Of a stretch of DNA of 64,000 nt, positions 31,034-44,600 are shown in pieces. Origin of the DNA: the human T2T-CHM13v2.0 reference genome, Homo sapiens. The position numbers and the translations under genes are program-made. Each line of letters starts with the position of its first letter. Within the stretch, counting starts at the first letter, position 1. The notes below the pieces were generated by a model, which was not told where the DNA came from, did not search any database, and saw only the letters and a program-made list of their open reading frames with translations. The stretch is from the NCBI GenBank assembly GCA_009914755.4, contig CP068257.2, forward strand, positions 15,712,001 to 15,776,000, written 5' to 3'.

Positions 31034-33198
31034 CTATTTCATTATCTCACACTGACTATATTAGTTACCCATTGCTTCATAACAAATTACCCCCAACATT
31101 TAGTGGCTTAAACAACAAGTCGTTATTATCTCATAGTTTCTGTGGGTCAGGGATGCCAGAGGAGCTTATCTGGATGGCTGTCGCTCAGGATCCCTAATGA
31201 GGTTGCCTTCATGATGGTGGCCGGGGATGCAGTCACCAGAAAGGTTACCTGAGGCTGGAGGACCCACTTCTAAGATGGTTCATTCCCATGGCTATTGGCC
31301 AGTGGCATCAGCTCCCTGCTGGCTTTTTGCAAAAGAGCTCATTTCCTCTCCACATGGCACACCCACAGGGCTGCTTGAGCATCTTCACATGCTCAAGCCG
31401 TGAAGCAGCTGGCTTCCCCAAAACTGAGTGATCAACAGGAAAAAGCAAAGAGGAAGATGAAACGCCTTGTATGATCTAGACTTCTGAGTCTCACACTTGC
31501 CCTTCTGCCACATTCTAGTTTTCAAAAGCTAGTTACTAAGTCCAGCCCATATTCAAAGGGAAAGGAATTAGGATTCATCCATTAAAGGGAAGATTGTTAA
31601 AGAATTTTGGATACATTTTAACACCATCACAGTTACCAGTGAGGTACATGCACCTATTGGGCACTAGACACCCAACCTTTAGAACCAAATTCACCACCAC
31701 CACCCTTATTTCCCGTTCCATGTTAATTGTCATATAGTATCTATTTTTTATCACAGCAACTTCTGAAAACCCAGCTTCCAAAGATATGTCTTTTAGAAAA
31801 GCATTACAGCACAATCTAAGGTTTAAATTATAAGGTATTTTGAGCCAGTAGTTCATGCAGCAGCCAACAAATGTTTCTGTGTTTTTCTTGAGAATTTTCA
31901 ATATGTCGTGTGGCCCCTGTGAGGTCACTGCAACCTCTTGGGGTGCCTCAGTGCACAATTTGGGAATCATAAGCTTAATTATCTTTTTCTCAGAGATAAA
32001 AATGTAGAGTATGTTTAAAGAAGTCTTTCTAAATACATCAATAATTTCTCTATTATTCATACTCTGGGGATATTATAAAGGAGGCTATTTCTATTCATAG
32101 TATGGAAACAAAATGAAAATTTTATTACTTTATAAGTATTTATTTAATATAAAAATATTCTAAGGGCTGGACCTCTTTCCTTTGCCCATTTTAATTGAAC
32201 AATGGATGGACTATGAAGAAAAAGTAATCCAAGAATAAAAAAATACAAATCAAAGTTTCAGTTTGAAAAAAAATTATCATCCAAGAAATAATCATTTCCT
32301 TTTTATATTAAAAAATGTTCTCTTTATTCTCATTTCCCAATATAATAATATTTTAGTGTTAGCCTGGAGTCTGTGCCAAATGATTACACAGTATGTCTAC
32401 TTCCTGACCCATAGGGAGTTAATCTTCGATAAAAAACAAGCTCAGGTAATGAAAGATCTTCCTGTTAATTGCAAGTGATAGGAAACACACACACACATTT
32501 CTCTTACTCCTTCCTGAAACCCCACTAAAATAACAAAAATGATGTGAAAGGGCATAATTCCACAAAAATGAGGAGAACAGAAAAGGTGATTATAGAAGAT
32601 GATTACTGTACACCAAAAAAAGATGATTATTGTACACAAAATGAAAAGCTTATAACCTTTGGTAAATGGCTTTGGACTCATATATCTCTGCTCTGCTGAG
32701 TACCTGAAAAAGAAAAAAACAACTAGAAGAAAGTTGATTCATGAACTCAGAAAACTTCTATCAATAGAGGAACCAGGGGCCTCTGAAGGTGTTAAGTTTG
32801 CAAGTAGGGCTGAAAACAGAAGAATTTGTTAAAAGTCTGAAAAAGGAGGTAACAGACTCTTCAGTCTCCTCCCACCGTCCATGCAGGCAGGTGACTACAT
32901 GTCACAAAAGATGGTAGGTTTCTTATTAATAACATAGACGTTCATTGGATAACATAGATGTTCAATCAGTCTATTTTCAGAAGAGTGAGATTTCTAGTTC
33001 CCTTCTGGTAGTAGGCCCTCAGAACAATGACTGTTAGACTTATACTCCATCATAGGAGATAATGAAAATGTCCTTTAGGGAAACTGTCTAGCCCTATGAA
33101 TACCGACAGCCAAGAATCCCCCAAGACAGCCAGCTCCTGCCTGAGCTCTCTACAGTAAAACCTGACACACTTGATAAGCTTCACAGGAACATGGGACT

Positions 33199-33514
<316 letters not shown>

Positions 33515-33993
33515 CCTGAATATGGAACTTCTAATCAGGATTTACTGCCACTCTTTATAAAAAATAATTTATTTTAAAATAACTTACATAAAAACTTTCA
33601 GATCAGAACAAAGAATTCTTGTATCCCTTTCATTCAGATTGTCCAAACATTAACATTTTTCTGAATATGCATGGACACCAACCCCGTCTCTCTGTGTATA
33701 TGTAGGGAGAGGAAGTGATCCATTATCATTAGTCATACTCTGAACTTTTTAAGAGAAAGCTTCAGACACGATGTCCCATTATCCCTAAATAATCCAGTGT
33801 GTATTTCCCCAAAACAAGAAAACTCTCCCATTCAAATTTTGCCAACTGTCCAAAACTCTCTCTTTTTCCTTTCTGGTTCAGGATTGTTCCAAGGAATATA
33901 TGTTGCATGTAGTTCTTATGTCTCATCATATTCATTCAGCTTAAAACAATAATTCTGCCTTTGATGTCCTTAACCATTTTTAAAGAGTAAAAG

Positions 33994-34374
<381 letters not shown>

Positions 34375-34445
34375 TCACAGGAATATTACGGAAACTATGC
34401 TGTGCTTTTCCCACTGTATCTCATCAGGATGTACAAACTTAGCAA

Positions 34446-34451
<6 letters not shown>

Positions 34452-34497
<46 letters not shown>
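34452..34497. repeat. (AC)23 microsatellite
   Basis: An uninterrupted acacac... run of about 46 nt. Confidence 0.95.
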
Positions 34498-34501
<4 letters not shown>

Positions 34502-35492
34502 ATTAAGCCTGAGAAGTATAAGTACAAGGAAAGTACAAGAAAGGAAATGAAGCCAGAGTTTACTACGATAAAGAACTGGGAATGGTCTGAGACTTCATCT
34601 TATTTGCAAGCCAACAAGTTAGCCTGCCATAGTTTCATGGATGCTGGGGAAAGACCTGAGACTCCCAGGTCAGAGGCAAAGGATTTTATTACTCACAAAA
34701 CAGTAAGCAATATGAGCTTTATGGTCACTCTGGTTCCCCTTGCCCTCCAGTTCCCATGGTGGTGACAAAGAGTATCCAAGGCAGATGCTGCATATGCAGT
34801 GGGTTTGTATCACAGCTAAAAAACCCTGAGCTTGGGGAACCTCAGTCTTTTATAATGGGTTGAAAGCAAACCTACATGACTTTTGGCCCCGTGGAAGACA
34901 TTATCTTTACCATACTGGATAGTAAACACACCTGTCATCTGCTCTGGAGGGAGATGCTGTCTCTATAGTCCAAGGCTATTCACTATATTTATATCCTGGA
35001 AATCGCAGTCTGGAACAAAACCTGTCACTACCTGTGCCCTTAAAATGTGCAGAAATATAAATGACCCATGAAGAATTGTTGTCCAACCACTGCGTGACTC
35101 ATCTCTGAAAATAATTACACATATCACAATAAGGTAAACTCTAGATGTTGGCTTACCCAAAAAATTGTGACTAAATATATTGGCAAAGGGGAGAAATGGG
35201 AGGAGTATGTTGGGGAAGGTAGACAGGCATAAAACATAATAAATTTTATATTCTATACTAGGAAATAAATAGATGACATCTAAAACAGAAAATCAAAAAA
35301 TAGAAGTAAAAGTGTATTACTTTTAAAATGTAGGAAAATAAATAAAAGTGTTAAGTGTGGTATTGCCTCTTAGGTATAGTTTTGTTTTCATGAAATGGGA
35401 AAGGTGGAACAAGCAAGCCCTTTTTTTCAGCATAAGCTATTTGACCTTTTTAACTATACACAAGATTATCTTCATAAAAATTAAAATACAAA

Positions 35493-36250
<758 letters not shown>

Positions 36251-37180
36251 AAAAGATAAAATAAAAAATGTAATTTAATTTAGAGAGAGAGGGAAATAGA
36301 AAGAGCTCCTGGAGCACAATAGTTTTATTATAATCATTAGATTATGGCTTGAGGAAATCTGCCCCAAACATCTCTAAAGAACTAATAAGGATATAGGCAC
36401 CTCAGTGTTTGAAAAGGTAGCTTTTAAAGGCATAAAGCCAGTTGCCTTATCTTAAGGAACAGACATTCACTGTCAGACTATAGGACAACACCCTCAGCCC
36501 TGGTAGGTATGATTGGATTTCCACTCTAGCATTCACTGGGCACAATAGCTACGCGCTCTTCTCAAAGGATGTTGGAAGACACAAAATGACCTCATTGCTG
36601 GTATGGTGTCCGCAATAATATCTCCCAGCTGCTCTAGGCTGTATTCACAACAAAGGAAGCTTGACTTTGTGCAGCCCTCCAGGCTGTTAACTCTCAGGAG
36701 CCCATCCATCTACAACAGACAATATGGATAGGAACAACGTGGGGGTGGAGGTGGAAAAAAACAGTGAAAAAGAAAAAAATGCTAACATATTTCAATTTCA
36801 TAAAGAGTCAAGTGTTATGTCACTTAACGTTTTCTTCCAATCTTTTTTGATACTAAAAAATAAAAGCAAAAAATTATGGAAGTGTATAAAGTAGAAATCA
36901 AAAGCACCCCATCCTACTTAATCATTCCCTAATTCCACTCCGCAGAAGTAACGGTTTTCAACCGTTCAAAATCTTTCCTTCCAGATATTTTTAGAATGCA
37001 AATATTTGCGCTTATATACATGTGAGCATACTGACTTGTTTTACCTAGATTATATCATACTATACATGCAAATTTGCCTTGTGTTTACTTTGCTTAAATG
37101 ATTGCAAGATTGTTCTACCAGTACATAAAATCTGCCTTCCTCATTCTTTCTAAGAGCTGCAGTTTCTATTAATGATTACT

Positions 37181-37491
<311 letters not shown>

Positions 37492-38428
37492 CCTTATTTC
37501 CAGTTTTATCCTGTTATAAGCAATACCCATTCTTTTCCTATTTCTGTGCTGTTATTTGAGTATTTGTGAAGGATAAACTCTTCCAAGTCGAATCTGTGTC
37601 AGTGGGTATACAGAGTTTTCACATGGCTGCACCATACAGTCTTTGCAACCATACTGTAAAGCTAATAGTCTTGCTTTCATTTTAATATTAAGGAAAGTGA
37701 GAACCACAACATCCGGTATTTTCACCCAAAGTCTGGCAGAAATTAAGTGCAAAGATTAAAACTACATTCCTTTCAAATCCAAGTTCAAGAGTGGCTTAGA
37801 CAGACAACGTCAAGAGCAGCAGTGGGCAGAATGGAGGCTTCTGGAGCAGGCATGTAGACACCCCTAAATGCTTAGGATGAGTAAACCAGAACTCCTTACT
37901 GACCAGACTGTGTAGCTCCAGCCTTTTACCATTCCCAAGATGAGGACGGTCCAGGACAGCTTTACAGAGATAACAAAGAAGTAGGATTGGCAACCCAACA
38001 AGTCAAAGTAGCCGTAACCGTAGCCACTCCCATGACCAAGCAGAAGCAGCTTCCAGAAGGAAGCAGATAGATTTGTTGTTGTGACAGTCTGGGACAGCCA
38101 CACTTTGGGTGGAACAAATGAGGGCCACTGAGTCACAGAGGAACTTGGAGGCTAAGGCAGAGTGAACTGTGAATTCGAAAGACTTTCCCTGTGTTATCAA
38201 ACACTAATGAGAAACTGATCACATAGTGGTTAGTGTTACATAAAATTAACCTATAAACCTCCACATTCATGGGTGCAAAGCTTTAGTTACATCTCAAAGA
38301 AGAGTTTTGATTTTAAAATGTATGTATTCAATGTTCTTCTTTCATAAGCCAAAAATATTCTTTATTTTCATAATAGTAATGTGTCGTTTGTTGACTACCT
38401 ATAACTTCCAGACACTGTTAGAGGCTTT

Positions 38429-38677
38429 CTTTCTTTCTTTCTTTCTTTCTTTTTTTTTGGAGACAGAGTCTTGGCTCTGTTACCCAGGCTGGAATGCAGT
38501 GAGTAGCTGGGAATACAGGTACATACCACCATGCCCGGCTAATTTTTTTTTATTTTTAGAAGAGACGTGCTTTTGCCATGTTGGCCAGGCTGGTTTTGAT
38601 CTCCTGACCTCAAGTGATCCGCACGCCTTGGCCTCCCAAAGTGCTGGTATTATAGGCGTGAGCCACCACGCCCAGTC
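38429..38677 (-). mobile_element. Alu SINE (internally deleted) with (TTTC)n tail and TSD tagaggctttc
   Basis: The tail tttctttctttctttctttctttttttttt is followed by ggagacagagtcttggctctgttacccaggctggaatgcagtgagtagctgggaatacagg, which lacks the middle of the right monomer. It ends gcgtgagccaccacgcccagtcc. The direct repeat tagaggctttc is present at 38418-38428 and 38678-38688. Confidence 0.8.
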
Positions 38678-38698
38678 CTAGAGGCTTTCAAAAATATA

Positions 38699-38990
<292 letters not shown>

Positions 38991-40493
38991 TTACAATATG
39001 CCTTCCTTTAATCCTTGTGAATTTGAAGTTGTTTTCTTTTAATATAAAGCAAAATTGATCTATAACTATACAGCCAAGAATTAGCAAATATCTGCAGAAA
39101 ACCTCTAATAAAATGCAAAGACCACAATAAACAAACAGAAAGGAAAACTTAGGAAAAATAGAAACTATGCCAGGAGAAGAAAACAAAAAAAAAATTATAT
39201 ATAAAATGAAAATAAGAATCTATACTTTTAAAAAGAACATTCAGAAAATAAGTAAAATGAAAACATAAATTAAAAAGTCATTTATGTGGATGTGGAGAGA
39301 GGGGGAGTATGTTAGTATTTAGGAAATTTACCACAGATTTGAGCTAAAATAAGAGAGAAATTATGGAAATTTAAAAACCATACAAAGAGACCAAAGGTTT
39401 TAGCAAATAGAGAGTAAGTCACTGAAGAAATAAGTTTGTTAATTACCCAGAACTCTCAGATAAGTTTCCAGGTTGAAAAAGTTAATTACACATACAACAT
39501 AATAGACAAAAATAGAACCATGTACGTCGTGAAATTTCAGGAAAATGGCACAAAAAAAGATCCTAAGAGTTTCCAGAAAGAAAAAAGAAAAAAAAAAAGG
39601 TTAAATACAAAGAATGCCTTCAGACTTCTCACCAAGAAGACTAGAAAGTAAAAGGCAATAGAACAATGCCTTAGAAATTCTGAAGGGACATTTTTCCCCA
39701 AACTCAAATACTGTATCCAGATAAACCCTCCATTGACTGTGATGATAGAGAGTCAAGAAAATAGCTTTCAGACATGCAAGGACTGAAAAAAGTTGCCTCC
39801 CGTGCATTCTTCGTCAGGATGCTACTAAAAGATTAGGCCCATTAATAGGAGGGAATAAATCAAGAAACAGGAAAGTATAAAATACAGGGAAAAGGAGATT
39901 CAACATGAGAAAGGGGTGGCAGGACTCTACTAGATGATGTAAATAGTACAGAATGACAGCTGTACACTGGCATAGAGGACTAGTTCCAACTGCAGTTAGT
40001 CAAAAGCCTCTGGAAGAAATTTCTCCCAGCACAATGTAATTGCTAGAATATCCCCAGATAACTGGCAAAGGCTTTGTGTTAAATAGCATGTTTTCCAAAC
40101 TGGGATGTACTGACAGCAAGAGAAAGCATTGCTATTTATTACACCAGACAAACAGGCATAGACTGGGATGAAGGGTCAGAGTGGTATGAACAAAAGAATC
40201 TTCAAGAAAGGAAAATGGTCATAGTGGCATGAACAAAAGGAACATTATGATTACAAACCTGTGAATATCTCTCATAATATGTGAACACTGATTTTTAATC
40301 CAAACAAAATTACAGCATAATCATAGTGAAAAAATAAGTAAATATATGGAAGGAGTGGATAGGTGTGGTGAAGATGGGAGAAGAAAGAAAACAAAATCCT
40401 CATCTTCTACAGTGAGAAACTGATAGACAACGCATAAAACTGAAAAATAAAGTAGTCCTATAAGCATGTTATTTACAGGCAAAAAAGTAAATA

Positions 40494-40620
40494 CAAGCTG
40501 GGCATAGTAGTGTGCACCTGTAGTTTCAGCTACTTGGGAAGGCTGAGGTGGGAGGATCACTTGGGCCCAGGAGTTTGAAGCCAGCCTAAGCAACAAAGTG
40601 GAAACTCATCTTTAAAAAAA
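40494..40620 (+). mobile_element. Partial Alu (left-monomer-like) feeding into a purine tract
   Basis: The sequence reads caagctgggcatagtagtgtgcacctgtagtttcagctacttgggaaggctgaggtgggaggatcacttgggcccaggagtttgaagccagcc...tctttaaaaaaaaa. Confidence 0.7.
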
Positions 40621-40950
40621 AAGAAGAAAGGAGGGAAAGAAGGAGAAAGAGAGAGAGGGGGAGGAATGAAGGAAGGAAGGGAAGGAGGAAGGGAAGGAGA
40701 AAGGAAGGGATGAAGGAAAGAAAGAGAAAAAGAGGAAGGGAGGGAGGAAGGAAGGAAGGAGGGAGAAGGGAAGGGAGGGAGGGAAGGAAAGAGAGAGAGA
40801 GGGAAAGAAAGAGAGAAAGAAGGAAAGAAAGAAAGAAAAAGAGAAAGAAAGAAAGGAAGAAAGAGAAAGAAGGAAGGAAGGAAGAGAGAAAGAGAAAGAA
40901 AGAAAGAGAAAGGGAGGGAGGGAGGGAGGAAGGAAGATAGGAAGATGGGG
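40621..40950. repeat. Purine-only compound microsatellite of about 330 bp, (GGAA)n/(GAAA)n/(GA)n/(GGGA)n
   Basis: The sequence aagaagaaaggagggaaagaaggagaaagagagagaggggga...gggagggagggagggaggaaggaagatagg is more than 97% A or G on the plus strand. Minus-strand ORFs here translate to low-complexity S/L/F repeats. Confidence 0.9.
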
Positions 40951-41846
40951 GAATGTAGTTTTCCCTAGGGAGAAGAAGATGGGCAGACAGGAACAGGGAA
41001 CTGCTGTTTTTCATAATTATTTGACTCTTTCAGCTTTATACATTTATATCTTTGATAAGAACAAAAAGTAAAAACAAAAATAAAGATGGGAGAGAGAGGA
41101 AAGAAGGGAGGGAGGGAGAGGGCAACATATGTAGTTTTCATCTAGTATAACTTAAAAATGTCAATAGAAATATCAAATCCAAGCTACATTTGACAGGATT
41201 TTCCAAAGTGTAGTTTATTTTGCTTTGGTGAGTTGCAGGGAAAGGGCAGGCAGAGTCTATGTAAAAGAAACCACCCTCCTTTGCGTTTACAAGAGTAAGG
41301 AAACGAGGGCAAACTGAGCTGATGCTGGAGCATGCCGGGTAGTTATGTATTCAGAAATGAGCCACTCCGCAGTGTGTGTTTGCAAAGCCGTGAATCGTGG
41401 GCCTTTAATTTTCTTCGTGGGATTTTCAATAACCAACAGATGTTACTGAGCAATCTATAAAATGCAATTGTGAAAATAAAGGGAAAAAAACCACCCACAC
41501 CTTTTCTTTCTTTGCTATGTTCTTATGGTTGCTGCTACTTCACCCAAACAGATATTGCCTTTTCTGAAGGCACCAAATACCTGTTTGTAATTTGATTTTC
41601 AGAAATCTTAGCCAACATGTTCTGATTAGGCCTAAAGAAAATACGGTGTTGCTAATACCTCTTCATCACTGACTTACCTCCTTCAGGGGTTTGGGAAAAG
41701 GCTATTTTTTTTTTCTAAATTTCATCAGTGATATACTTGTGCAAAGCCCTGTGTGAAGACTATTATCAGAGGCTGCCTCCTGGTAGATATGGACCCCCTG
41801 CCCTCAAACTCTCTACTATAGGTACATATTTTCTTATCTTCTCTGA

Positions 41847-42440
<594 letters not shown>

Positions 42441-42719
42441 GCGCGTTTTTTTTTAATAGACTCCACTATAAAACATTTACTAATTCAACTCACATCCTTG
42501 AACTTAAAAACAGAGAAACAATCTAACTTACTGTCAACAATTGCTACAGGCCATGGGATGCCCCCTGCTTTTATGGCACCATGGACCCAGCATTTAGGGG
42601 AGGCAGTAGAGACACATCTAGGACTGAATTCCTACTCCACAAGTGTCTAGCTGTGTAATTTTTTAGGTATTAATCATGCCATACCTCAGTTTCTCTATCT
42701 GTAAAGTAAAAACTGTAAG

Positions 42720-43012
42720 GCCCAGCCAGGCACCGTGACTCATGCCTGTAATCACAATACTTTGAGAGGCTGAGGCAGGTGGATCACCTGAGGTCAGGAG
42801 TTCGAGACCAGCCTTATCAACATAGCAAAACACCATCTCTAACAAAAACTATCCGGGTGTGGTTGCGTAAACCTGTAATCCCAGATACTCAGGAGGCTGA
42901 GGCAGGAGAATTGCTTGAACCCGTGAGGTGGAGGTTGGGTTGCAGTGAGCTGAGAGATCACACCACTTCAACTTCACTCCAGCCTGGGCAAAAAAGCGAA
43001 ACTCCGTCAAAC
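42720..43012 (+). mobile_element. Alu SINE whose tail expands into the (GAAA/GGAA)n tract
   Basis: The sequence reads gcccagccaggcaccgtgactcatgcctgtaatcacaatactttgagaggctgaggcaggtggatcacctgaggtcaggagttcgagaccagcc...cactccagcctgggcaaaaaagcgaaactccgtcaaacaaaag. Confidence 0.9.
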
Positions 43013-43095
43013 AAAAGAAAAGAAAGAAAGAAAGGAAAGAAAGGAAAGAAAGAAAGAAAGGAAGGAAGGAAGGAAGGAAGGAAGGAAGGAAGGAA

Positions 43096-43160
<65 letters not shown>

Positions 43161-43218
43161 GAAGAAAGAAAGAAAGAAAGAAAGAAAGGAAAGGAAAGAA
43201 TGGAAAGAAAGGAAGAAA

Positions 43219-43278
<60 letters not shown>

Positions 43279-43312
43279 AGAAAGAAAGAAAGAAAAGATA
43301 AAACAGTAAGGC
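43013..43312. repeat. (GAAA)n/(GGAA)n purine microsatellite of about 300 bp, including about 10 uninterrupted GGAA units
   Basis: The sequence reads aaagaaagaaaggaaagaaaggaaagaaagaaagaaaggaaggaaggaaggaaggaaggaaggaaggaaggaaggaagaaagaaagaaag... to about 43310. The window contains a single pyrimidine (aatgg). The plus-strand ORF translates to a KKERKKERK repeat. Confidence 0.9.
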
Positions 43313-44034
43313 CTTCACATATGCTTTACCACAGTAAGTGGCTTACTTCAGTAAGGCAATCAACAAACACAGAACTCTCTTTCCTCTTATTTCTTGAGGC
43401 ATGGGGAAAGAGTATGCAGGCATGCCTACTTTCCCTTTCACATGACCCAGGTTCTGCACTGTCTCCTCTTATTTGGGATATGAGAAGAAAGGGAAGATGT
43501 TAGCCAATGAAAGACATCCTTGTGAGCTTGCATTCAATTCACATTAAAGGATCTGGAAAATCAGATCAACCCCCTGGGTTCTGCCCTTTCACTCAAGAGT
43601 CTGGACTTTGTTAAATCACCGGCAGATATATATTTTTTTTCGGTGACACTGTCAAATCAAAGGCCAGTGAGAGCTAGCAGGATTTCTCTCTTTGAAAAGG
43701 GTTTCTAAACAGAAATTACAGGACAATAGTAACTCACTTGTGTCCCTTTAGGAAACGCAGTAAAGAAAAACCATAAGCCATACAACAGACAAATAAATTA
43801 GCAGATTATAACCAGGAATTCCTCATCTTTTCTTCTTGGGTATTGTCTATATTATGATCTTGCATTTGTATAGAATAGAATACACAAAAATCTTAGGGCC
43901 TAGAATATTAGAGGCACTTAAAACCAGTAACCCCAATTTACAGATATAGAAACTGTTCACAGAGATCAATAGCCTTTTCCAACTTACTACAGCTTATTAG
44001 CAGTGGGTCTTATTTCTATCCATGCACTTTACTC

Positions 44035-44170
44035 TTTAGCTTGCAATTCACCAGCTTTAGCTTGCAATTTCAGACACAATGCAATTCATACACAATGCAA
44101 TTCACAATTTAGCTTGCAATTCACTAGCTTTAGCTTGCAATTTCATACACAATGCAATTGTGTATGAAAA
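44035..44170. repeat. Local tandem duplication of about 50 bp (two copies) ending in a perfect 12-bp inverted repeat
   Basis: The unit ttagcttgcaattcacYagctttagcttgcaatttcaKacacaatgcaatt occurs at about 44035-44083 and 44107-44155. The sequence then reads tttcatacacaa-tgcaa-ttgtgtatgaaa, two 12-nt arms that are exact reverse complements around a 5-nt loop. Confidence 0.6.
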
Positions 44171-44264
44171 CTGTATTTTTGCGTGCCACAGATTTATATA
44201 ACTATATTATTCTGTGATTTAGGAATGAGCTAATAGGCTTTACTTTTATTTTAAGGAACTCTCA

Positions 44265-44600
<336 letters not shown>

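Noticed and set aside
31575-32060. A 161-aa minus-strand ORF in AT-rich unique sequence
   Set aside because: The translation is low-complexity and I/K/N-rich, typical of AT-rich non-coding DNA. I recognise no homology.
37990-38040. Minus-strand coding potential for a GYGYGY peptide (gtagccgtaaccgtagcc)
   Set aside because: It is a 12-18 nt imperfect repeat inside a chance ORF and has no supporting context.
40586-41014. Minus-strand ORF of 142 aa (SLFLSLSLSFLPSLPS...) and a plus-strand ORF of 76 aa rich in R, E and K
   Set aside because: Both are translations of the purine-only compound microsatellite.
42779-43318. Plus-strand ORF of 176 aa (and a minus-strand ORF of 103 aa) with a KKERKKERK... 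or SFFLSFFLS... sequence
   Set aside because: These are translations of the (GAAA)n/(GGAA)n microsatellite. They are low-complexity and periodic with the repeat unit, so they are not genes.
44035-44170. Possibility that the short tandem units with an inverted repeat represent a CRISPR-like array
   Set aside because: This is eukaryotic DNA. There are only two units, they are not separated by unique spacers, and there is no cas context. I report it only as a local tandem duplication with a hairpin.
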